A stretch of DNA of 60,611 nucleotides from an uncultured Anaerolineales bacterium (GTDB lineage: Bacteria; Chloroflexota; Anaerolineae; Epilineales; Epilineaceae). Of the stretch, positions 7,955-16,200 are shown in pieces. The stretch lies in NCBI GenBank assembly GCA_964475075.1, contig CAYYVH010000001.1:1-60611 (forward strand), written 5' to 3'. The position numbers and the translations under genes are program-made. The number at the start of each line of letters is the position of its first letter. Position 1 is the first letter of the stretch. Under the pieces are notes generated by a model. It was not told where the DNA came from. It ran no database searches and saw only the letters and a program-made list of their open reading frames with translations.

Positions 7955-9355
7955 CTATCCCAGATAGAGCCAGACGAAACCCAGGGTGAACAGCGTCAGC
8001 AAGACGCTCGTAGGCCCAACCGCCTGCAGTGTGCGCGTCCGCGTCCGTTCCTGCGCGATGCGCCAGAGGGTATACAGGGCGAAGGCAAGCCCACCCAGGA
8101 GCACGGGTACCTGCAGGTAGGGCACCATCGCCGGATAGACGGGCGTCCACGGCACGTCCCGCAGGCCGAACAGGTTCCAGCCCCAGCCGAAGGGATCGGC
8201 GATGACCGGCAGCGCGTAGCTGGCGTTGACCAGCACGAAGCCCAGGCTGAAGGCGATCCAGGCCGCCAGGCCGAGGGGCACCAGCGCATAGGCTCCGTCG
8301 ACGAACAGGGTGCGGAGCGGCACGGCGTCCAGTCGGGCCAGCTTGCGTCCGACGGCCGTCGTGCCCAAGAACAGCCCCGGGATCACCAAGAGGTTGAGGC
8401 TCAGGAACCCGAGCGCGTAAACCAACCACCAGTCCAGGCGCGCAAGCCTGGCGGCGTCCTTGAGCACGCCCCACGGCCCCAGCAGTACGGCGGAGTAGGC
8501 GAGGGCGCAGGTGAGCATGATGAACGCCTTGTACGCCTCGTCCAGCCGCCGACCCTTGGCTACGAACAGGTCGAGACCCGGCGCACGCACGTTGACGGCG
8601 ATGTTGTCCATCGTGCAGGTTTTCAAGCACTCCGTGCACAGGCCGCAATAGGTGTTGCGCTCCAGGCTGCCGGGAAAGACCAGCCACGGGCAGCCGAAGC
8701 CGCGCTCGTTGCCCAGGTAGCAGTCCTTCGTGTTGTGGGTCCGGCACACATCCACGTCCTTGACCCGCAGCTCGGTTGGAGCGGCGGTGGCGTACAGGCC
8801 GATGAAGCCGCCCACCGGGCAGACGTAGCGGCAAAAGGTGCGCCGCTCGTAGACCAGGCTGAGGACCAGCGCCATCAGGATGAAGGCGAGCAACACCGCA
8901 CCAGTGGCAACGGGCTGGGTCAGGATGATGGAGCTGAACAAGGCCACACCCAGGAAGCCGACGTTCTGGAGCCAGATGTTTCTGAACCTGCGCGGCCAGC
9001 GCTTGCCGAGCGACCAGAGCTTGCGGCGCCCGGGATGCACGAAGCTCTGGCGCTGCAGCCACTCACCCAGCGCGGGAATCGGGCACATGGTGCACCAGCC
9101 CCGGCCCAGGACGGGAATCAGTAGCATGATCAAGAGCGCCCACCAGACGATCCAAACGAAAATGATGCTGAAGTTCCGGTTGCCCACCGTGGTGCCGAAG
9201 AACGCCGTGAGCAGGACGATGACGAAGAAGGCCATGCCGGCCAGCACGAGCACGAACTGCAGGGGCCGCCAGCGCAAAACCCGGCCGATCAGGGGGATAC
9301 CCGTCAGATCGAAGCGCCAGGTCGAGTCAGGGCGGACGACCGGCCGTTCGGTCAC
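7955..9355 (-). CDS. integral-membrane polyferredoxin (NapH/NosR/MauN-like 4Fe-4S binding protein)
   Basis: 466 aa from GTG 9355-9353 (GTGA overlap with the upstream stop). Multiple TM helices. Cys clusters GWCTMCPIPALGEW, FCRYVCPVGGFIG, CYLGNERGFGCPW, YCGLCTECLKTCTMDNI. Confidence 0.8.
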   Translation of the reverse strand: MTERPVVRPDSTWRFDLTGIPLIGRVLRWRPLQFVLVLAGMAFFVIVLLTAFFGTTVGNRNFSIIFVWIVWWALLIMLLIPVLGRGWCTMCPIPALGEWLQRQSFVHPGRRKLWSLGKRWPRRFRNIWLQNVGFLGVALFSSIILTQPVATGAVLLAFILMALVLSLVYERRTFCRYVCPVGGFIGLYATAAPTELRVKDVDVCRTHNTKDCYLGNERGFGCPWLVFPGSLERNTYCGLCTECLKTCTMDNIAVNVRAPGLDLFVAKGRRLDEAYKAFIMLTCALAYSAVLLGPWGVLKDAARLARLDWWLVYALGFLSLNLLVIPGLFLGTTAVGRKLARLDAVPLRTLFVDGAYALVPLGLAAWIAFSLGFVLVNASYALPVIADPFGWGWNLFGLRDVPWTPVYPAMVPYLQVPVLLGGLAFALYTLWRIAQERTRTRTLQAVGPTSVLLTLFTLGFVWLYLG

Positions 9356-9849
9356 GGCCGCGTCATCCGATCTCCCTGGCCCTGGACCGTCAGGAAACCG
9401 AGGGTCAGCATGGTGCCTCCGGCGACGACGATCAGCGCTGCCACGGCACGCCAGAACGGTGTGTTGGGACCGACGACCAGCTCGCCGATCATGAACGGGT
9501 GCATTGAGCCACAAGTCACGGAGCACCGGAAGCGGAACTTGCCCACCCGGTCGGCGACGAACGTAGCCTGCGCCGGCTTGCCCGGCTCGGCGGTGATGTC
9601 GACGTCGTAGCCGTCGATGAAGACACCGTGTACGACATCCGTCGAGTGTAGGTTGATGGTCACCCGATCACCCAGGTTGACGCGGACCCTGGCTGGTTCG
9701 AAGGCGAACATGCGGGCGTGGAGATCCACCTGGCGCTCCGTCGGCGCACCCGTGCCTGCCGGCAGGGGCGCCAACAGCGCCGCCAGGGCCAGCAAGACGG
9801 TCGTTCCGGCGGCAAAGGCCGGCCGTGTTCGGCTCAGTGTTCGTGGCAT
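9352..9849 (-). CDS. secreted CuA-type cupredoxin with C-terminal membrane anchor
   Basis: 165 aa. Signal peptide (AGTTVLLALAALLAPLPAG). DVVHGVFI, then 34 residues, then CSVTCGSMHPFM, the spacing of the canonical CuA ligand set H-x34-C-x3-C-x3-H-x2-M. C-terminal hydrophobic helix. Confidence 0.8.
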   Translation of the reverse strand: MPRTLSRTRPAFAAGTTVLLALAALLAPLPAGTGAPTERQVDLHARMFAFEPARVRVNLGDRVTINLHSTDVVHGVFIDGYDVDITAEPGKPAQATFVADRVGKFRFRCSVTCGSMHPFMIGELVVGPNTPFWRAVAALIVVAGGTMLTLGFLTVQGQGDRMTRP

Positions 9850-9918
9850 CCAAAACCTGGCCGGGGCGGTCGGTTCAGCGGGGGCTCAAGTACCCGAGAT
9901 GGGAGACAAGCTCTGACT

Positions 9919-10362
9919 CTAACCCTGTTCGTCCGTCGAGGGCCCGAGACCGCTGTAGCGGTTGACGATCACCTTACGCATCTCGTCCACGCTCTTGCCC
10001 TTGCGGGTCATCACCATCACGTCACGCGTGATGTCCACGCAGATGCCTCAGCCGAGGGCGTGGTTGTCGTACTGCAGGACGACGCCGGGGCCGTTGTCGG
10101 CGGCCACATAGCATTCGTAGTTGGACGTGTGGCCCACCGCGTTGCAGCCACAGAAACAGGGGATCTGTTCGAGTAGGTCCTTGTTGACGATGGCGAAGCG
10201 ATAGGCTTCCTGCACGTTGGTCGGAGCGCTCTGAAGCTCCGCGGGCAACTGCGAGACCGGTGCCATCTTCAGCTCTACCTCCGGCTCGTCACTGCTGCAG
10301 GCCACCGTCAGGAAGCTGACGAGGATGCCCGCCACTAGGGCGGGCCACAGCCGTCTGGACAT
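9919..10362 (-). CDS. PCYCGC-motif lipoprotein with an in-frame TGA (codon 105): candidate selenoprotein or Cys-to-stop pseudogene
   Basis: ATG 10362. Lipobox LTVAC. IPCFCGCNAVGHTSNYEC..YDNHALG[TGA 10050-10048]GICVDITRDVMVMTRKGKSVDEMRKVIVNRYSG..; TAG at 9921-9919. The 42 codons after the TGA stay open and keep the family pattern (H..CxxC..GKS..E.R..I..Y). Confidence 0.6.
10015..10033 (-). promoter_or_regulatory. SECIS-like hairpin 14 nt downstream of the in-frame TGA
   Basis: RNA CAUCACG-CGUGA-CGUGAUG: a perfect 7-bp stem and a 5-nt loop containing GU. The loop begins 21 nt after the UGA. Confidence 0.4.
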
Positions 10363-10611
10363 GTAATACCCACGACCTTTCAGGGCGGATACGGTTCTAT
10401 TGATGGTCAAAACGTACGCGGAGTATAGCACTCGGGCGGTGCCCCCAACAAACCGGGCATCAGCCGCGCTGCCGCACCGTGTTTGGCCAATAGATCACCG
10501 TGGACGGGGCCTGGTCAGACGGTAGCCGGTCGGTGATCGTCAGCACCGGGCCGTGCCGGCGCAGGTCCGACTCCCATCGGGCTCCTCGCCTGCAAGCCTC
10601 GCAACGAAGGC

Positions 10612-10640
10612 TTGACAATATCGGGGTCCGGCGTTATACT
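10612..10640 (+). promoter_or_regulatory. near-consensus sigma-70 promoter
   Basis: TTGACA (10612-10617), 17-nt spacer, TATACT (10635-10640). Confidence 0.6.
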
Positions 10641-10675
10641 CGCCTGGTGAGTCTTTCGGAAGGAGGACCGTGCTA

Positions 10676-10759
10676 GTGCGCTACGTCAATTGTCTTGTGG
10701 TGAGGGCGCCGGATTGCGGCGCCGATGCGCCATGGCGTGGTGCGCCCATGGACTTATGA
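10676..10759 (+). CDS. 27-codon leader-type small ORF
   Basis: GGAGGA (10662-10667), 8 nt, then GTG 10676. MRYVNCLVVRAPDCGADAPWRGAPMDL, then TGA 10757-10759. The stop lies inside one arm of two mutually exclusive hairpins. Coding status unproven. Confidence 0.35.
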   Translation: MRYVNCLVVRAPDCGADAPWRGAPMDL

Positions 10760-10776
10760 GTTGACATAAGCAACTC

Positions 10777-10814
10777 AACCGTGGGTGTGCTAGCCCAGCC
10801 GCCCACGGTTTTTT
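10777..10814 (+). terminator. intrinsic terminator closing the leader transcript
   Basis: AACCGTGGG..(16-nt loop)..CCCACGGTT followed by TTTTTTG. Confidence 0.7.
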
Positions 10815-10919
10815 GTTGCCAGTAAAACCTGTACTTTGGCCAACGCGCCGTGGGAGACATAACCCGCGGCGCGTTCTCTTTGGGCCCTGTGAGGCGGAAC
10901 CCAGGAATCTAGGAGGTGA

Positions 10920-11909
10920 ATGGTGACAGTTGAGACTCAGACCCAGACCCAGACCCAGACTGCTGACAAAGACATTATCGCGGACCGCACTGGAGAAATG
11001 AAAATGGCGGTTGAGATGCTTACTTCGACAATCGAAAACCGGACGCAAGTGAACGGGCTGGGGTCAGAGGACGACGGTACCCAACACCTCGCGCTCGAGA
11101 TCAGAGGCGTCACCAAGGTCTTCCGGTCCTCGCCGGGGTTCATCAAGCTGCTCCGCCGCGGCCGGGCCGCCGAGGGCAAGCGCGTCGTCGCGGTGGACAA
11201 TGTGAGCTTCAGCGTGGAGGCCGGGGAGATCTTCGGCATCCTCGGGCCCAACGGTACAGGCAAGAGCACCTTGATTCGCCTGATCTCGACCCTCCTCATC
11301 CCCGACGAGGGAGAGCTACGCGTCTTCGGCCGTGATGTCGTGGCCGAGGAGGCCGAGGTCAAGCGGATGATCAATCGGGTGTCCGTCGAGGCGTCCTTCT
11401 TCAAGAAGCTGACACCCATGGAGAACCTCATGTACGCCGCCCGGTTGTACCGGGTGGACGCTCGCCGGGCGCGGAAGATGATCGTTGAGATCCTCAACCG
11501 CCTCGGTATCGAGGACGATTCAATCGGATCACCCATGGAGAACATGTCGCGCGGCATGCAGCAGAAGGTGGCGATCGCCCGTGCCTTCCTCTCGTCGCCG
11601 ATCATGCTCCTCTTGGACGAGCCGACGACGGGTCTGGACCCGCATTCCAAACGGCAGGTCCAGGCCTTCGTGCGGGAGATCATGGCAACGCACCATACGA
11701 CCGTCCTGTTGACAACCCACGACATGTACGAGGCGGACGCCATGTGCGACCGCATCGCCATCATCGACAAGGGCCGGATAGTCGCTCTGGACACGCCGGC
11801 CGGGCTCAAGCAGATGATCAGCCGCGACGGCGAGGAGCCGACACTGGAGGACGTGTTCCTGGAGCTCACCGGCCGGCAGCTGAAAGACGAAAAGGAGGTG
11901 ACGCCATGA
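10920..11909 (+). CDS. ABC transporter ATP-binding protein (ABC-2/DrrA-like exporter type)
   Basis: 329 aa. RBS AGGAGGTG. Walker A GPNGTGKST, signature MSRGMQQK, Walker B LLLDEPTTGLD, H-loop TTH. About 55-aa N-terminal extension with a (TQ)4 repeat. Confidence 0.9.
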   Translation: MVTVETQTQTQTQTADKDIIADRTGEMKMAVEMLTSTIENRTQVNGLGSEDDGTQHLALEIRGVTKVFRSSPGFIKLLRRGRAAEGKRVVAVDNVSFSVEAGEIFGILGPNGTGKSTLIRLISTLLIPDEGELRVFGRDVVAEEAEVKRMINRVSVEASFFKKLTPMENLMYAARLYRVDARRARKMIVEILNRLGIEDDSIGSPMENMSRGMQQKVAIARAFLSSPIMLLLDEPTTGLDPHSKRQVQAFVREIMATHHTTVLLTTHDMYEADAMCDRIAIIDKGRIVALDTPAGLKQMISRDGEEPTLEDVFLELTGRQLKDEKEVTP

Positions 11910-12742
11910 CGGCTGCGATTGGGGAGCTAAGGGCGAGTTACGCCTTCGTTGAACGCAACATCAACCTGGTCAAGCGCTACTGGGGATGGGAGCTGGTGTG
12001 GATCGCCTACACCATTGCCAACTCCCTGGCGGTGGTGCTCATCGCGCGCGGTGTCAACGGCGCGGTGGGGTCCACGCCCCTCACCCAGGAGCACGTCGAC
12101 CGGCTCGTGCTCTTCCTAGCCATCGGCGCGCTCGTGTGGCACTACCTGGCCGTCGTGTTCGAGGTGGTCAGCGATATGATCAGCTGGGAGAGGTGGGAGG
12201 GTACCATCGAGTATACGTTCATGGCGCCCGTTCGCCGCGCGACCCACATGATCGGGACGACGCTCTTCTCGGTCGTGTACGGGCTCGTGCACACGGCGGT
12301 GATCCTGGCCGTGATCGTCGTCGTGTTCGATCTGGACATGAGTCGGGCCAACTACTTGTCGGCCGCCGCCGTGCTGATCGTGGGCAGCCTGAGCTTGATC
12401 GGAATCGGCATCATGGGTGCCGTGCTGCCGCTCCTCTACCCCGAGCGTGGCGCACAGATGACCCATGTCGTACAGGCGATGTTGGTGCTCGTCTCGGGGG
12501 TCTACATCAAGCCGAGTGAGATGCCGGAGCCGCTCAAGACGATGTCGCTGTTCAGCCCGGCGCGCTATGTCCTGGACGGCATCCGCCGGGCGCTCATCGA
12601 CGGGGCTGGGATCGCCGAGCTCATGCCCACGATGGTGGGCCTATTCGTCGCGGGACTCGTCCTGATTCCCATCGGGGTGAAGGTGTTCGGCTGGGGCGAG
12701 CGCTTCGCCAAGCGCACCGGCCGGCTGAAGAGGAGTGGTTAG
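11906..12742 (+). CDS. ABC-2 type transporter permease
   Basis: 278 aa from ATG 11906 (ATGA overlap with the ATPase stop; RBS AAGGAGGTG). Six hydrophobic helices; the N-terminus LRASYAFVERNINLVKRYWGWEL is typical of ABC-2 permeases. Confidence 0.85.
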   Translation: MTAAIGELRASYAFVERNINLVKRYWGWELVWIAYTIANSLAVVLIARGVNGAVGSTPLTQEHVDRLVLFLAIGALVWHYLAVVFEVVSDMISWERWEGTIEYTFMAPVRRATHMIGTTLFSVVYGLVHTAVILAVIVVVFDLDMSRANYLSAAAVLIVGSLSLIGIGIMGAVLPLLYPERGAQMTHVVQAMLVLVSGVYIKPSEMPEPLKTMSLFSPARYVLDGIRRALIDGAGIAELMPTMVGLFVAGLVLIPIGVKVFGWGERFAKRTGRLKRSG

Positions 12743-12745
12743 GCG

Positions 12746-13011
12746 ATGGACATCCAGGTCCGCAAGTTCATACCCGGCGACCACGAGTCGGCCGTGGTCA
12801 TCAGCAACCGGGCGTACCCGGAGTACCCCGAGACCGTCGAACGGTGCTCAAGCTGAAGGCGATCCGGTACGCCGCTGACCACGGTGTCCGGGTCCTCAAG
12901 ACCTGGAACGAGACGGGCAACGAGGGTATGCTGAAGATCAATACTCAGCTGGGCTTCGTGCGCCAACCGGCATGGATCGAGTACGCAAAGGACCTAGGGG
13001 GCGCGGAGTAG
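12746..13011 (+). pseudogene. GNAT N-acetyltransferase remnant (internal deletion plus frame change)
   Basis: MDIQVRKFIPGDHESAVVISNRAYPEYPETVE.. stops at 12854-12856. A second frame then reads LKLKAIRYAADHGVRVLKTWNETGNEGMLKINTQLGFVRQPAWIEYAKDL (TAG 13009-13011), which looks like a GNAT C-terminus. The acetyl-CoA binding core is missing. Confidence 0.55.
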
Positions 13012-13245
13012 GGAGAGAATCCGTTCAGCCGGGACTGGGCGCACCCTCCGCGCAGGCCTCAAGCCGCGCCCACTTGGCGGACTAGCGCGGGATCGAACAC
13101 CCCTGCCGGCGCATCGGCGCCCTCGGTTGCACGGTCTAATTTGTCGATAAGCTCCAGGGGCCTGTCCGTGCCGGCTGGCACAGGGGTTTATACGGAGGGG
13201 GCAGTGGTTGTCCCCCGTCGGGTCCGGCGCGGAAGGAAGGCATCC

Positions 13246-16200
13246 ATGACCCATGTGATCCGGGGCCGTCTCGCCGGCGTGCTGCTGGCGATCTTGGCTG
13301 TTCTCGCCCGGGACGGGGCCCATCCGGCAGTGCTGGCCGACGGGCCCGGCGTGCTGCGCGACAGCTACTACGCGGTGTATCTCCCGGTTACCGTGCCACC
13401 GGTGCCGGTCGTCTCCGCGGCCCAGTTCTCCCCGGAGCGCGGCTTCTACGAGGCACCGATTGCCGTGACGCTCACCACCGATACGCCGGGTGCCGTGGTC
13501 CGCTACACCACGGACGGCCGCGCGCCAACAGCCGACCAAGGCACCGTCTACTCGGGTCCCGTGCGTGTCGCGACGACCACCGTGCTGCGGGCCGCGGCTT
13601 TCCTGGAGGGTTACGAAACCTCGGAGGTGACCACCCACAGCTATCTCTTCCTGAACGACGTCGTACGGCAGCCGGCGAAGCCGACGGGCTTCCCGTCGAC
13701 CTGGGGGGTGTTTCCGGCCGGCAGCGCGGCCGGTCTGGCCGGCGAGCCCATTCCGGCCGACTACGAGATGGACCCCCGGGTCGTGAATGACCCACGCTAC
13801 CGGGATGAGATCGCCGACGACCTCACGGCACTGCCGACCATGTCCGTCGCCACCGCTCCCGGGGACATGTTCGGCGCCAGCCGGGGGATCTACGCCAGTC
13901 CCACGGGGGAGGGCGCGGCGTGGGAGCGGCCGGCCTCGGTGGAGCTCATCCATCCCGATGGGCGCCCGGGGTTCCAGGTCAACTGCGGCATCCGCGTCGC
14001 CGGTGCGTGGAGCCGGTTGCCCGACGGTACCCCCAAGCACTCGTTCAGCCTGCACTTCAAGTCGGTGTACGGCCCGACCAAGCTGCGCTACCAGGTGTTC
14101 CCCGATGTGCCGGTGAGCCGCTTCGATAACCTGCGGTTGCGTGGGGGGCAGGCCGACAGCTTCCCCTTCTTCCCGCTCAAGGCACAGTACGTCCACGACG
14201 AGTGGGGGCGCCGTACCCAGGCCGACATGGGCTGGGTGTCGGCCTCCGGCATCTTCGTCCACCTCTACCTGAACGGTCTGTATTGGGGGCTCTACAACGT
14301 GGTCGAGGAACCGACGGCCTCCTTTGCCGCCGAGCACTTCGGTGGGGACAAGGATCATTACGACGTGATCAAGGACTACCACCAGGTGGAGGACGGCGAC
14401 CTCGATGCCTACGCTGCTCTGACCAAGACGCCGCGCATGACCGATCTGACTATGCGCGAGCGATACGAGCGCGTAGCCCAGCTCCTCGATCTCCCCCAGC
14501 ACGCCGACTACACGCTCGTCCAGATCTACGGCGCAAACCGCGACTGGCCCCACAAGAACTGGCGCGCCGTCCGCCATCGGCTCCTGGACCAGGGCTTCCA
14601 GTTCTTCGTATGGGACATGGAGCACGTGGTCCAGCTGTGGGGCTTCGACGCGCAGGGGTACAACGCCGATACGCCCGGTGTGGACGGCCTGCACGGCTGG
14701 TTGAAGCAGTTCCCGGAATATCGCCTGCTGTTCGCCGACCGGGTGCGGCGGCACTTCTTCGACGGTGGGGCGCTGACCCCCACGGCGGCCCGGGACCGCT
14801 ACCGGGCGTTGGCCGATGTTATCGACGGCCCCATCGTCGCCGAGTCGGCGCGCTGGGGAGATGGAGGACCGGGTGAGCGGACGCGCAACGAGAACTTCTC
14901 CATCTGGTCCCACTACTGGAAGCTCTACGGCCGTGACTATCCCCAGAACCGGGATGACCACTGGCGGCCGGAGCGGGATCGGCTGCTCACTGAGTTCTTC
15001 CCGGTGCGCACGCGTATCGTGCTGGCGCAGTTGTGCCGGGAGGGTCTCTACCCACCGGTTGCGGCACCAGCCTTCAGCCAGTACGGTGGGCCGATTCGCC
15101 CGGGCTTCCGGTTGGCCATGTCGCCCGGCGGGGCGGGTTGTGCCGGGTCCCGGCGCGATGGGGTGGTTTACTACACTACCGACGGCTCCGATCCGCGGCA
15201 GCCGTGGACCGCAAGTGGGGGGCAACCGTGGTCCGGTCTCGTGTCGCCGCGGGCGCGCCCCTACACGATGCCCGTGCACCTTGCCGGGTTCACGGCCGTC
15301 AAGGCCCGCGTGCTGGCCGGCGGCACCTGGAGCGCCCTCACCGAGGCCGTCTTCGGCACGCCGCACATTGCGATCACCGAGATCATGTACAACCCCCATG
15401 GCGGCAGTGACTACGAGTTCATCGAGTTCCAGAACCGGGAGGACGTGGCGGTGGACCTGTCCGGAATGAGGACGGAAGGGATCACTACCACGCTGCCGTC
15501 CGGTGCCCGCCTGGCGCCGGGGGAGCACTTCCTGCTCGTGCGGGACGCCGTGGCCTTCCGGGATCGCTATCCCGGGGTGGTCATCGATGGGCTGTACGAG
15601 GGCAAGCTGGCCAACGAGGGCGAGAGGCTGCGCCTGCGAGACGCGACGGGCGACGAGGTCGTGTCGGTGACCTATGACAACGAGGGGTTCTGGCCGCTGG
15701 CGCCGGACGGCGGGGGTCACTCGCTTGTGGTCGAGAACCCGGACGGGGATCCTAACGATCCGGAGAATTGGCGGGCCAGCACGTTCATTCGCGGCTCCCC
15801 GGGTGAGGCCGATCCGCCACCGCCCTACGGGCGCGTAGTAGTGAACGAGGTCTTGGCCCACAGCCCCGCGCCGCTGGAGGATGCCGTGGAGGTGTACAAC
15901 ACGACCGCCAGCCCCGTGGACATCGGGGGCTGGTTCCTGAGCGACGATCGGACCGAGCCCACGAAGTACCCAATTCCGTTGGGCAAGGTCGTTCCTCCCG
16001 GTGGCTACGCGGTGGTTTTCGCCGAGAGCTTCGGCGCCGATCCCGGGGCGGGCTTTGCCCTGAGCAGCAAGGGTGAGACGGTGGTACTGGCCTCGGCCAC
16101 GGCGGGCGGCCACCTGACGGGTTACCTGGCCGGGGCGACGTTCGGCTTGTCGGAGGAAGGCGTATCGTGGGGGCGGCACCGGACTAGCGCCGGAGTGGAG

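Noticed and set aside
7953-9062. N-terminal 370 aa of the 729-aa track ORF 6873..9062
   Set aside because: This part overlaps the polyferredoxin gene in another frame and is Arg/Pro/Gly-rich. The cupredoxin-cytochrome c protein starts plausibly at ATG 7952, 2 nt after the upstream stop.
10647-10700. SRP-RNA-like CGGAAGG tetraloop motif at the start of the orphan transcript
   Set aside because: Only the GGAA loop resembles SRP domain IV. The conserved AGCAGC side and the symmetric-loop context are missing. The element is a Shine-Dalgarno sequence folded into a hairpin.
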